A model generated the notes under the pieces. The model was not told where the DNA came from. It worked only from the letters and a program-made list of their open reading frames with translations, and made no database searches. Both the position numbers and the translations under genes were made by a program. This document shows, one piece after another, positions 21,079-30,985 of a stretch of 34,847 nucleotides of DNA (position 1 is its first letter; every line of letters begins with the position of its first letter). The DNA lies in the sequence record SRR31147125_2715. One strand, given 5' to 3'.

Positions 21079-21457
21079 CAGGGGTTCGGCCTCCAGAGTT
21101 TCCAGAAAAAATTTCCGGTATCACATATCTTTACATAAATCACCAAAATGAACAAGCTTGTACAATCTGCCAGTTTGTTTGCAAATAAGAGTATTCATTA
21201 AAATTGTTCGGGCATGAAAGTGACCTGGCCCATTGAACAAGATACAGCTAGCGGACTAACTTTTTCAATCCGTGGTTTATTATCAAAAGTTAGGTAAAAT
21301 TATGAGCCGGTCACCAACTCAGATTAAAAAACGCGTCATCCGTGATTTAATTCAATGATGAATATGCAATCCATATTAACCATATTTCAACTTTTAAACG
21401 CGAATTAAAAAATCCACAAAAGCCAGGGAAATGACTCATTCAATGGAGGTCTTCATC

Positions 21458-23449
21458 ATGCGTGTTTTAAAGATTTTTCTTTTATTTTCTATATTTTTTT
21501 TGGCAGGCTGTGCCGGTAATCAAAAATTAAGTCAGGATAAAATGCTCCAGCATGCCGGGCTTGAAAGGCTCCCCGTTCAGGAGGAATACCCGGATGACGG
21601 TGCTGTCATTCTTTATGAAGATACAAAAACTCAGTTTTATCTGGATAGTAACTGGGACCTCATACGAAATCAAAATTATCATCTTGTCTTTATTTACTTC
21701 AACGACAAGGCTGAAAATTGGTTGACAAGGGCCATTTATTTGGATTCGCACCGAAAATTGATCAATTTTCAGGCACGGACTATAAAACCAAATGGTGAAA
21801 AGGTGGAACTTTCCAAAAAGGACCTGTTTCCAACCCAGGTTAAAGAAAATTTCGTTGAATTCAGTAAAAATGAATCAGTCAAATTCACCTTTTCAGGAGT
21901 AGAACCGGGTGCCATTTTAGAGTATTCTTACCAGGTAGAGATTTCGGATAAATTTTCATTCAACGATTACTGGCATATTCAAAACTCGATTCCCAAATGT
22001 TACTCGCGGTATTCCATTCAAATTCCCACGTTATTATCTGAACATGATTTAAGCTGGAATTATTATCCTGTAAACACATCTTTAGAGAAACCACAAAAAA
22101 TGGGTGAATTGGCAGCCCAAAAATCACGTAAAGACAGAAACTATACCTTTTTCTGGGAATTACAAGATATTCCTGCCCTGGAACACGAACCCGGTATGCC
22201 GGCATGGTACGATATTGCCCAATATGCGGTGTTGGGAATACCAAGAAAAAACTGGAATGAACTTTCGCAATATTACTGGGAGGATATTAAAGATCGATTT
22301 ACCACAGAAACAAATAAGGACATAAAAGAACTCGCCCTTTCTCTTACAGAAGGCGCAGAGGATGATTATGCAAAGATTGAGAAAATCTACCAATATACTC
22401 AACAGAATTATCGTTATGTTGCTATTGATATAGACGATAGTGGCTATATTCCCAACTTTCCGGATGAGATTATCGAACGAAAATATGGGGATTGCAAAGA
22501 TATGACTGTCTTGAATGTTGTTCTATTAAGAGCACTCGGATTTGAAGCTTACCCGGCACTGGTCAAAACAAAGGATTCCGGAGTACTGCAGGCTCATATC
22601 ATCCAATTGGATTTTAATCACATGATCGCTTTTGTAAAAGACAGTTCAGGAAAAGAATACTGGTTGGACGCAACAGGTAGCAGCTGTCCACCTGAGGAGA
22701 TTTATCCGTCCATAGAGGGTGTAAATGCATTGGTCATAAAAGATGATGGTTCATCCTTTTTTAAGAGTATCCCAAAAAGTGAAAGCCAGGAAAATCTTTT
22801 CTGTCGTACAATTACCATACAGCTGCAGAATGACGGTAATATAACTGGACACGCATCATTAGAATTTAGAGGAAATGAAAATCTATCCCTTCGATCCTCA
22901 TTAAAGGATGCAACAGCCAAAGATGTGAAAAAGGTTATTGAAAGCTATGTGAATTCCAATACTCCTAACATCAATATAACAAATCTTATTTATGATGAGC
23001 TGAATGAAATTGCTGATAAAACAACCATTGAATTTGATTTTAGTCGTGATCAATTCGGTTCATCCACAGATAAGCTGCTGATTATAAATCCATCCTTATT
23101 TACAATTGAATCTCAACTGAGCCGATATCACGATGTGGAGAGAGAATTTCCAATCATTTTTTCTGCACCTATAAACATAAAAGACGAGGTGCATATTTGT
23201 TTTGATAAAAATAATTTTAGTACCGAATCAACAAGCGAACCAATAGGAAAGAGATACGAGTTTGGAGACCTGAATTGTTCCTTAAAGTCTGTAAATCCCG
23301 GAAAGGTCATATTTAATCGTAATTACAGGCTGACCAAAACCATTATAAAACCGGAACAATATAAGGATTTTCGCAATTTTCACCGTGACATTGCCAAATC
23401 CAATGATTTAAAGTTTGTATTAAAAAAGAAAGAAGAACATTCGATGTGA
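21458..23449 (+). CDS. Lipoprotein with DUF3857 and transglutaminase-like domains
   Basis: ATG 21458 after GGAGG; lipobox LAGC; GVEPGAILEYSY; Cys-His-Asp triad motifs YGDCKD, FNHMI and WLDAT. Confidence 0.9.
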   Translation: MRVLKIFLLFSIFFLAGCAGNQKLSQDKMLQHAGLERLPVQEEYPDDGAVILYEDTKTQFYLDSNWDLIRNQNYHLVFIYFNDKAENWLTRAIYLDSHRKLINFQARTIKPNGEKVELSKKDLFPTQVKENFVEFSKNESVKFTFSGVEPGAILEYSYQVEISDKFSFNDYWHIQNSIPKCYSRYSIQIPTLLSEHDLSWNYYPVNTSLEKPQKMGELAAQKSRKDRNYTFFWELQDIPALEHEPGMPAWYDIAQYAVLGIPRKNWNELSQYYWEDIKDRFTTETNKDIKELALSLTEGAEDDYAKIEKIYQYTQQNYRYVAIDIDDSGYIPNFPDEIIERKYGDCKDMTVLNVVLLRALGFEAYPALVKTKDSGVLQAHIIQLDFNHMIAFVKDSSGKEYWLDATGSSCPPEEIYPSIEGVNALVIKDDGSSFFKSIPKSESQENLFCRTITIQLQNDGNITGHASLEFRGNENLSLRSSLKDATAKDVKKVIESYVNSNTPNINITNLIYDELNEIADKTTIEFDFSRDQFGSSTDKLLIINPSLFTIESQLSRYHDVEREFPIIFSAPINIKDEVHICFDKNNFSTESTSEPIGKRYEFGDLNCSLKSVNPGKVIFNRNYRLTKTIIKPEQYKDFRNFHRDIAKSNDLKFVLKKKEEHSM

Positions 23450-23516
23450 GACGCAATTGTATTAGTGATGTCTCAGAAACGGATAATACCGGGAACCAAT
23501 ATCACGTTTTATATTT

Positions 23517-23577
23517 GCAGAATCATTGGGGGCGGAAGCCCCATTTATTGTCGGCCCGGGGAAGGGATTTTCCCTGG
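23517..23577 (+). repeat. Palindromic repeat copy D (degenerate)
   Basis: TTGGGGGCGGAAGCCCCATTTATTGTCGGCCCGGGGAAGGGATTTTCCCTGG. Confidence 0.8.
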
Positions 23578-23633
23578 ATAATCTAGATTAATTAATGCAA
23601 GAAAACAGAACCCAATCCACAATGGAGGTAAAT

Positions 23634-24701
23634 ATGAAAAGGAGTTTTTCTGTCAAATATCTCTTGAAATCTGCTATCGTCCTCTCGCTACTTTTATCAG
23701 TATCTATTGTTCAAGCCACTGAAACAACCAATTACAAGACAGAAATAATATCGCTAAAGTACATTTCCCCGGCTGATCTGGAAGATCTTTTAGCTTTGGA
23801 TAATAGTAAAACCGGCTATGGCAAATTCCTTATCGGCTCCCATGAAATTTTAACCCGCATTAACACTGCCACCAATCAAATTTTATTGACAGGACCGGAA
23901 GAATCCTTAAAAATGGCCAAAGACATTATAGAGTCTATGGACGTCGCACCCAGACAGATTATCATAGAAGCAAAAATCGTCGAAATAAATAATGAAAAAT
24001 CAGATGAACTCGGCCTGGACTGGCAATATTTATTAGATGAATCATATGCCGAAATTTATATCCAAAAAACAGATTCTGAGAAAAAAACAAATGATATAAA
24101 AACAACATTTGAGGATTATGATAAACGACGTAGAATACAATCGAATGCAAGATTGGGGGATTTCCTAAAAATCATTCAAGAATCAGGTAGCGGCAAGATC
24201 ATAAATGTTCCCCACATTGTCACAACCAATAATAAAAAAGGCACAATTTTCGATGGCCAAAAACTGAGATATGTTAGCAATCTCTCCAGTTATGCAAACA
24301 TATACCAGACAGAGGAAATAACAGCCGGATTAATGCTTTCTGTAACACCGTCTCTTGGGACCAGCGGGTATTTAAAGCTCAATGTCAACGCAAAATTTAC
24401 AGCCCTTGAATTTGCACACAACATCAATCAATCTATGGACAGATCTCAACCCATAGAATCAGGTCAAACCCTGGAAAATACGGTTATTGTCAAAGATGGA
24501 GAGTCAATTTTGTTAGGCGGATTTAAAAAGACAGAACATTTCAATTCCAAAAGAAAAACTCCCATACTGGGAACCATTTTACCTTTTCTGTTTTCCAGAA
24601 CCGTTCAATCTGAAATCACCAAAGATGTCCTCGTTATATTAACACCTAAAATTATAGACCTGGACATTCCGGACATTCCGGACATTCCGGAATACGAATA
24701 A
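23634..24701 (+). CDS. Short secretin (GspD/PilQ superfamily; one N3 domain plus secretin domain)
   Basis: ATG after GGAGG; signal peptide; TNQILLTG, MDVAPRQIIIEAKIVE, ELGLDW, VKDGESILLGG, PILGTI..LFS and VILTPKII. Ends with (GGACATTCC)x3 encoding DIP repeats. Confidence 0.88.
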   Translation: MKRSFSVKYLLKSAIVLSLLLSVSIVQATETTNYKTEIISLKYISPADLEDLLALDNSKTGYGKFLIGSHEILTRINTATNQILLTGPEESLKMAKDIIESMDVAPRQIIIEAKIVEINNEKSDELGLDWQYLLDESYAEIYIQKTDSEKKTNDIKTTFEDYDKRRRIQSNARLGDFLKIIQESGSGKIINVPHIVTTNNKKGTIFDGQKLRYVSNLSSYANIYQTEEITAGLMLSVTPSLGTSGYLKLNVNAKFTALEFAHNINQSMDRSQPIESGQTLENTVIVKDGESILLGGFKKTEHFNSKRKTPILGTILPFLFSRTVQSEITKDVLVILTPKIIDLDIPDIPDIPEYE

Positions 24702-24716
24702 AAAAGATTTCCTTTC

Positions 24717-24923
24717 GCAGTAGCATTAGGGACATCTGCCCCAATCCATTGTCCGTCCAGGAAATGGATTCCCTGGGCGATCATATCGCTGGAGGGATAA
24801 TCGTAACAGATCGCCTGGAAATTGCAGCGGTTTGAATAATTGACATTTTTCTATTGCGGCAACGTTAGGGGCGGATGCCCCAATCTATTACCCGCCCAGG
24901 GAAGGGATACCCTTGGCGATCAT
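24717..24923 (+). repeat. Palindromic repeat cluster E (unit, linker, unit)
   Basis: Units at 24717-24784 and 24856-24923, with the same linker as clusters A and B. Confidence 0.9.
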
Positions 24924-25048
24924 ATTCTCACTAGTAAAGCACATCATCAATAATTTTTTCATAGCACCTAAATCCAAAGATATTTATATTCCATTTGACG
25001 GTCCGATTGAATCAATAATCGTGATTATCCATTTAAAAGGACGATATC

Positions 25049-25888
25049 ATGTGGAATATCCTGTTATTGCTCTTTCTTTTGATTGTTATCTCTATTATAC
25101 TGATCCTGATTATTGGTAGGATATCTTTCAACGTAAGGGTAAAAAAAGAAGTTAAGAGCCTTATCAAAAACATTTCAGACGCGGAATCTGAAATTATCTC
25201 CGCTGATGACATTAAACACCTACCGGAACCTGTGCAAAGATATCTGAACTATGCTCAGGTAATAGGAAAAAAGAAGATAAGATTTGCCCGTCTAAAGCAG
25301 GAAGGATCGATTCGAACAAGTGAGGAACAAAAATGGATTTCTTTTAAGGCAAAGGAATATTATTCTGCTGAACCACCCTCGTTTATCTGGTCTGTTTCGA
25401 TAAAATCCATTGTCAGGGGCAGGGATATCTATTCGAATGGTAAGGGTAACATGCTCATCAAACTCTTTTCCCTGATCCCCTTTGTTGATGCCAAAAGTAA
25501 AGAAATAGATCAGGGCTCCTTTATCCGCTACTTTAACGAGCTGGTATTTTTCCCTACCGCCTTTTTGAACGACAATATCACCTGGGAGGAATTGGATGAA
25601 AATTCGTGCATTGGCACCATGATCGATCACGGTTTAACAGCTTCAGCTGTGTTCTATTTCTCCGAGTCAGGTGAAATAACTCACTTTATCTGCCATGATC
25701 GCTATCGCACTGTTGGCAAGCATTATATCAAAGAAAAATGGACGACTCTATTTCGCAATTATAAGGGAATGAACGGATTTAAAATTCCCACTGAAGGTGA
25801 AGCCATATGGAACCTTAGTTCCGGTGATTTCACCTATATTAAAATCAACATCATTGATATAAACTATGATACATTTTCAATTTATTGA
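25049..25888 (+). CDS. DUF6544-like membrane-anchored protein
   Basis: N-terminal TM; LPEPVQRYL, FIW, RD.YSNGKGNM and EIDQGSFIRYFNELVFFPTA match my recollection of this family. Confidence 0.75.
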   Translation: MWNILLLLFLLIVISIILILIIGRISFNVRVKKEVKSLIKNISDAESEIISADDIKHLPEPVQRYLNYAQVIGKKKIRFARLKQEGSIRTSEEQKWISFKAKEYYSAEPPSFIWSVSIKSIVRGRDIYSNGKGNMLIKLFSLIPFVDAKSKEIDQGSFIRYFNELVFFPTAFLNDNITWEELDENSCIGTMIDHGLTASAVFYFSESGEITHFICHDRYRTVGKHYIKEKWTTLFRNYKGMNGFKIPTEGEAIWNLSSGDFTYIKINIIDINYDTFSIY

Positions 25889-26201
25889 ACAATTACATTT
25901 TTCCTGAATCAATATTATCTGTAACATTTTTGTGCAAAGAATCCATCATTAAATAAAATTGCCCCGAAATTACAATTTCACGTCGATCGAATCTTGTCAT
26001 TATCCGCTTGTGCCCAAGATGCTTATCGATTACAATAGTGGAGAGTATTACCGTTGAGTTGAGTCGAGTCTGTGAAATCCGTATCGTTGTCGTTTCCGGA
26101 AATTCGATCTGCCCGAAATTTGTACTCGGGGCGTAATTCAATTAATTCACAAAATGTTAGAGACTTTATAGGAAACCAACCTGGTATTCCATTCAGCACA
26201 T

Positions 26202-26741
26202 TCACCTGTGCATCGACTTTAATTCCCGTTCATATATAGAGTTATACCCTAACTTTTTAAAAAGGTTGGTATAACGCTCTTCTACCAGATTTCGAAAACT
26301 ATCCCGCGCAGAGATAGTAACCTTGTGGACAAGAGCAAGAGTGCGGTCGGAATAGGTCTCCAACTCGCATGAAAAATAATTTTGAAATCCTGCCCCTTTA
26401 TCTTCAAAGGTACGAGGATATTTCGCATGCATTTCTTTCATCCACTCATTTTCTATAGAAACAATCTCATGGATCAATTCATTGTCATTAAGGGGTGGAA
26501 TTATATTTTCCATGCGAGCGTATTTTTCGGTCATAAAATTCCGATCCTCCTGAACAGCTTTTTCGAGATCGTCAAAATAGGACTCGAGCACCTCTTCAGG
26601 CAGAACAGAATAGCTCATCCAACGCATCAGTCGAAAAACTTTTAGTTCATCCTGGCAAGGGGATGGTTCGGATGCTTTGACATTCTGAAACATATTTTGT
26701 TCAATGTCGATTATGTGCTTTATCAATTCATCATTCGTCAT
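26202..26741 (-). CDS. DUF4125 family protein
   Basis: E..MFQNV....SPCQD...F..MR....LESY..DL..A....RNFMTEKYARM and YFSCELETYS; ATG 26741 follows GGAG. Confidence 0.8.
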   Translation of the reverse strand: MTNDELIKHIIDIEQNMFQNVKASEPSPCQDELKVFRLMRWMSYSVLPEEVLESYFDDLEKAVQEDRNFMTEKYARMENIIPPLNDNELIHEIVSIENEWMKEMHAKYPRTFEDKGAGFQNYFSCELETYSDRTLALVHKVTISARDSFRNLVEERYTNLFKKLGYNSIYERELKSMHR

Positions 26742-26797
26742 TTGTTTTCTCCAGGTACTATCTGTCGATGACATTCATATGAGACAGGTCTAAACAC

Positions 26798-28099
26798 CTA
26801 CAACTTGAACAAAAACTCGATGCGTGCCCAATCATAGCCATCTGCGTCATCAAAATAAAAATCACCAGGTATAAAATGTTCCCACAAGAGATGGCCGGAA
26901 ATATATTTATTAATCTTGTAATTTAATTTTCCAATAACCAAATCACCACGTGTGTTTCCGCTACCTCCGGGAAAAGCACTGCCATCCGGGTCCTGCGGCG
27001 CCATCAGGTGATGATAATCAAACTGGAAACTTAAATCCGGAGTAAAAACAAATTTTGCTGCTCCGTTTATGGATATTATATTCGACCAGTAAGCAACCTT
27101 GCCACCATTTTCACGAATTTGCGTATAGATATAGGATTCGCTCCACTTGGGCCAGCGGCTGAAAAGGGGATCCCAGCCCTCATAATCGGCTGTTGAGGGA
27201 TCATCACCGCTCAGGTAGATACTACCCAGTTTGAGCAATTTTGGCAGATAAAGAGCCGTCCAACTGGTTTTGTAATCCAGATGAAGATAGCTGCCAAGAG
27301 CCGTACGATCACCATCACCTTTATCACCAAATTGATAGGCAGCTTCGCCTGTAATTGATAAACGAGGCATAAGCGGAACACTCAATCTGGAACCCAAAGT
27401 AGTGATATGCGATTTTTCCGGATGAGAGTCTGTCTCTTTAATATTTTTTTGAATAACATAACTCTGTAAATTAACTTTACCGATGTCTCCGGCAAAATAG
27501 GCACCTATACCTTCTTCCGGTTGCTCGATTAATCTCTGATTTTCAACATCGTGTGCCATAACGAAATTTTCATCTGTTTCCGGTTGATATGTGTAAAACA
27601 GAGTTAATTTTTTATTTTTTGAAATAGTCCAGTCATAGCGAGCTGCATTAAAATAAATAGACCGCGATCCGTCAAGGGGATGTCCGTCCATAACCACAAA
27701 ACCTTCACCCAAAATAATATTCTGTCGGCCAAGGGTCATGGTTCCTGGAAGGACCTTGTCATTTTGCCATTTTGCGTATAATAAATCAACAAAGATTTCG
27801 CTATTTTTAAAATCTTTGCCTTCCGGGGCAAAATAATTACGAAATTCATTGGTCACTTTTAATCCGATTTCAAACTGTTTATTGGGAATCCATTGTCCCA
27901 TCACATTCGTGCGATGACGGGTAAATGTACTGGAAGCTCCAGCATCATTCGAAAGATGTATGGCATTGTCCCAGCTCACCATGCGAAACCGCTCCGCAAA
28001 ACTAAACTTGAATTTTGGTTGTTCATTTTCCTGTGCATAAATACTGCCGTTTAAAAAACAAGCTAATACGACGAGTGCTAATAAGTAATTCCTTTTCAT
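26798..28099 (-). CDS. Alginate-export (AlgE-like) outer-membrane beta-barrel
   Basis: Signal peptide; TLGRQNIILGEGFVVMDG, GEAAYQFG and YLSGDDPST..EGWDPLF; amphipathic C-terminal strand. Confidence 0.8.
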   Translation of the reverse strand: MKRNYLLALVVLACFLNGSIYAQENEQPKFKFSFAERFRMVSWDNAIHLSNDAGASSTFTRHRTNVMGQWIPNKQFEIGLKVTNEFRNYFAPEGKDFKNSEIFVDLLYAKWQNDKVLPGTMTLGRQNIILGEGFVVMDGHPLDGSRSIYFNAARYDWTISKNKKLTLFYTYQPETDENFVMAHDVENQRLIEQPEEGIGAYFAGDIGKVNLQSYVIQKNIKETDSHPEKSHITTLGSRLSVPLMPRLSITGEAAYQFGDKGDGDRTALGSYLHLDYKTSWTALYLPKLLKLGSIYLSGDDPSTADYEGWDPLFSRWPKWSESYIYTQIRENGGKVAYWSNIISINGAAKFVFTPDLSFQFDYHHLMAPQDPDGSAFPGGSGNTRGDLVIGKLNYKINKYISGHLLWEHFIPGDFYFDDADGYDWARIEFLFKL

Positions 28100-28203
28100 A
28101 ATCTACCCGCTCTTTTACATATAATGAATCATTCTCAATATTTTGCTCTATTTCTGCCTCTAATCCGAACGAACACGTTCTTTTCAAATCATGCGACCAG
28201 CTT

Positions 28204-29178
28204 CTAAAAGGGCGTTTCGTATCCTACAAAACAAACGAGTCCTTCATTTTCAATAATCCGTTTAAGATGCCGCATGTGTGAGTCTGCAGGTGGCTTTTGC
28301 TCGGCAAACTTGTATACCTGTCCAACCTGACGATATTTTGACTCGCCCAGACGATGAAAGGGAAGAATGTTTATCACTTCCAGGCCAATGTCTTTAACAA
28401 ATTGCGCCGTGGCTCTGATATTCTCGTCAGAATCATTTATCTCGGGTACAACAGGGATCCTGGGCACAATAAATCCATTCCAGTCAGCCTCTGCTAAAAG
28501 TCGAATATTCTTTAAGATCAGTTTATTGTTAACACCCGTGATTTCCAAGTGTTTTTGAGAGTCCATATGTTTGATATCGGTAAAAACCCAATCCACATAT
28601 TGTATCGCTTGCATAAAAAATTCTGTTGGAAGATTGGACGTGGTTTCAATACAGGTATGAATATAGGATTTTTTACATTCCTTTAATATTGCCAGCATAA
28701 AATCCCGCTGCATCAGGGGTTCGCCGCCGCTAAATGTGACTCCGCCACTGCCTCCCCAAAACTGACGGTCTCGCTGAAAAAGCCGCATTAATTCATTAAT
28801 TGAATAATATTTGCCGCTGAGCTCAATCGCCTCATTGTAACACGTTTCAATGCATTCATGGGTCTTACATTTATCACACATTTCCCTGTTAAATACCAGT
28901 TTGCCTTCTTTTGAAACGGAAACGGCATCGTAAGGACAGCTCTTAATGCATCTGCCACAGCATTTGCATTTGGTCTCGCGATACATGATCACTGGTTGAC
29001 GAAATAATCCTTCCGGATTACAGCACCAAATACAATGCAATGGGCAGCCGCTCATAAAAACCGTAGTCCGGGTACCCGGGCCATCGTGCACGGAATGTCC
29101 CTGGATATCAAAGACAAGGCCTTCAAGTTTCTTTTCTGGTGTGCTATCTGCAATTAATTCTTCTTCTGATGTATGCAT
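28204..29178 (-). CDS. hpdA: 4-hydroxyphenylacetate decarboxylase activating enzyme (radical SAM with ferredoxin insert)
   Basis: SVHDGPGTRTTVFMSGCPLHCIWCCNPE (CX3CX2C), Cys-rich insert CKCCGRC...C...CDKC...C...C, GGVTFSGGEP and LPFHRLG. The likely start is ATG 29178. Confidence 0.9.
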   Translation of the reverse strand: MHTSEEELIADSTPEKKLEGLVFDIQGHSVHDGPGTRTTVFMSGCPLHCIWCCNPEGLFRQPVIMYRETKCKCCGRCIKSCPYDAVSVSKEGKLVFNREMCDKCKTHECIETCYNEAIELSGKYYSINELMRLFQRDRQFWGGSGGVTFSGGEPLMQRDFMLAILKECKKSYIHTCIETTSNLPTEFFMQAIQYVDWVFTDIKHMDSQKHLEITGVNNKLILKNIRLLAEADWNGFIVPRIPVVPEINDSDENIRATAQFVKDIGLEVINILPFHRLGESKYRQVGQVYKFAEQKPPADSHMRHLKRIIENEGLVCFVGYETPF

Positions 29179-29340
29179 TTTTGTTTCACTTTCCATTCTC
29201 ATTGCGTCACAAGTGCCAATCAAATTGAACATACCATTAAAAGTCATTTTTTCACTCTTAATGGTATGCATTCATCTTTGGTATTTATTTTGCGATTCTA
29301 TGCAGGCGCAAAATAAATGTCCACATCATCTCTAATCCTA

Positions 29341-30651
29341 TTAACGTGCGGATTCCACAAACTCTTCAGTGGCTTTAACTGTCTTTGGTTTAGCGACCAA
29401 TGGCAGAGAAAGCGCCAGTAAGATAGATACAACAAAGGAACCCAGCGCATAGTAGATGGAATAGGTATAACTACCGGAAATATCCTTTAACAATCCACCA
29501 ATAAATGAGCCGGTGAAGGGGCCAATACCCATAACGATGAGTGTGGCCAATCCCCAAATTTTACCCAGCGTTTTTCGGCCATAAATAGCGCCGGTATAAC
29601 CAACAACGCCACCTGGTACGATCGCCCAATAAACAGCGAAAATAAAACAGGCGACATAAGCCCATGTCATGGACTGACCGGACATTAACAAAAACAAACA
29701 AGCCAGAACGCCTGTTGACGGACCAATAACCAACATGACTTTACGTCCCTTGGCTTCATGACCCACTTTTTGAACGATCTTGTCAGCAACAACGCCCATG
29801 ATAGGCATACTGAAAATTCCGATTAAACCTATAATGGCATATACATTGACAGCTGTATCACGTGCCCAACTCAAATCTGTGACCCAGTAGCTGACAACCT
29901 GTGTCCAGATAAGGAACTCGGCCATCATACTGGTTAAAAAAGTGAGGACAGCTGCCCAGATTGCGTATTTGGAAAAGGCTTCCTTGACACTCCAATCATA
30001 TTCCGTAGACGCAGCTTTTTTTCCACCTGCAGCAGGTATTTCACCAAAAGCTTTCATGTTGTAAGCTTCCGGACTCTTTTTTGCCAGAATCACGGCAACA
30101 ACAAGAGCGAAGAAAATTATAACGGCTAACAACTGCATGGTACCACGCCATAAATCAGTGGCATCACCCCGCAAAGTGGCTTTGGTAATATAAGCTAATA
30201 TAAACTGTGCCATTGGAGCACCGGCAAATGCGATTCCCCACATGGTTGCATAAGATTTTCCCACATACCATTTACGAACGGAAACTGTTGAAGTCACCCA
30301 GAGCATACCCGTAGCAACACCTGCCAAAAGCCCAAAAGTGAACAGATAGGCCAGATGGCTATTAACCAAACTGGTCGCATAAAAACCCAAACCACCAAAA
30401 ACCGCGGCAATAGCGTAAACCGGTTTTGTACCCCATTTATCAAGAATCATACCGCTGAAAAAAGCTGTAATAGCATAAAAGACCATCATCAGGGAATAAC
30501 CCAAAGTGACCTGCGCTTGAGACCAGCCCAGATCAGCGCTCATTGGGCCTTTTAAGATAGCAAACGTAGCCCGGTAACCAAAAAGGCAAAAGACTGCCAG
30601 CCAGGAAGCGGCTACGACCGACCAACCGAAACGTTTTGCATTATTATCCAT
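29341..30651 (-). CDS. MFS transporter, oxalate:formate antiporter (OFA)-like
   Basis: About 12 hydrophobic segments; motif A GMILDKWG and GVVADKI; VRKWY; ATG 30651 after GAGGAG. Confidence 0.88.
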   Translation of the reverse strand: MDNNAKRFGWSVVAASWLAVFCLFGYRATFAILKGPMSADLGWSQAQVTLGYSLMMVFYAITAFFSGMILDKWGTKPVYAIAAVFGGLGFYATSLVNSHLAYLFTFGLLAGVATGMLWVTSTVSVRKWYVGKSYATMWGIAFAGAPMAQFILAYITKATLRGDATDLWRGTMQLLAVIIFFALVVAVILAKKSPEAYNMKAFGEIPAAGGKKAASTEYDWSVKEAFSKYAIWAAVLTFLTSMMAEFLIWTQVVSYWVTDLSWARDTAVNVYAIIGLIGIFSMPIMGVVADKIVQKVGHEAKGRKVMLVIGPSTGVLACLFLLMSGQSMTWAYVACFIFAVYWAIVPGGVVGYTGAIYGRKTLGKIWGLATLIVMGIGPFTGSFIGGLLKDISGSYTYSIYYALGSFVVSILLALSLPLVAKPKTVKATEEFVESAR

Positions 30652-30673
30652 TCTATTCTCTCCTCGAAGTTTC

Positions 30674-30706
30674 AAAAAAGGAGGTACATATCTGCACCTC
30701 CTTTTT
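30674..30706 (-). terminator. Intrinsic terminator-like hairpin between hpdC and the MFS gene
   Basis: AAAAAGGAGGTGCA-GATA-TGTACCTCC-TTTTTT on the minus strand. Confidence 0.75.
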
Positions 30707-30716
30707 ATCGATTCAA

Positions 30717-30983
30717 TTACTTGTTTTCTTCATACATTTCACAAGTTGTGGCGACCAAATCCGGATAAGCCATAAATTTGGGCTCAGCCATTGAAGCCTG
30801 GCAAATGCCGATAAACTTGTCTGTTTCTTTAAAGTTTTTACAAAATTTACATTTTGGCATGATTTCATAACCTTCTGGTGCTTCAGAGTCTGCCAAAACG
30901 GTTTCTTTTGTTAAAAGATCCACTCCCTTTGTGACATCAGTAGGAGCGTAATTTCGTGCATCTTTATACAATATTCTTGCCAT
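30717..30983 (-). CDS. hpdC: 4-hydroxyphenylacetate decarboxylase small subunit (variant)
   Basis: 88 aa, 2 nt downstream of hpdB; D.TKG, MPKCKFCKNF, GIC and ATTCE match HpdC. Confidence 0.88.
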   Translation of the reverse strand: MARILYKDARNYAPTDVTKGVDLLTKETVLADSEAPEGYEIMPKCKFCKNFKETDKFIGICQASMAEPKFMAYPDLVATTCEMYEENK

Positions 30984-30985
30984 TT

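Noticed and set aside
24800-24870. Bona fide integron attC site
   Set aside because: The TAAC...GTTAG ends are clear only in cluster E, internal pairing is poor and no integrase is in the window. It is kept only as an alternative hypothesis.
19056-24923. CRISPR array interpretation of the repeats
   Set aside because: Units are about 60 nt, degenerate, and separated by whole genes or a conserved linker rather than unique spacers; no cas genes are present.
25893-26205. Small ORFs between the DUF6544 and DUF4125 genes
   Set aside because: Short, overlapping and without motifs; they lie in a convergent intergenic region.
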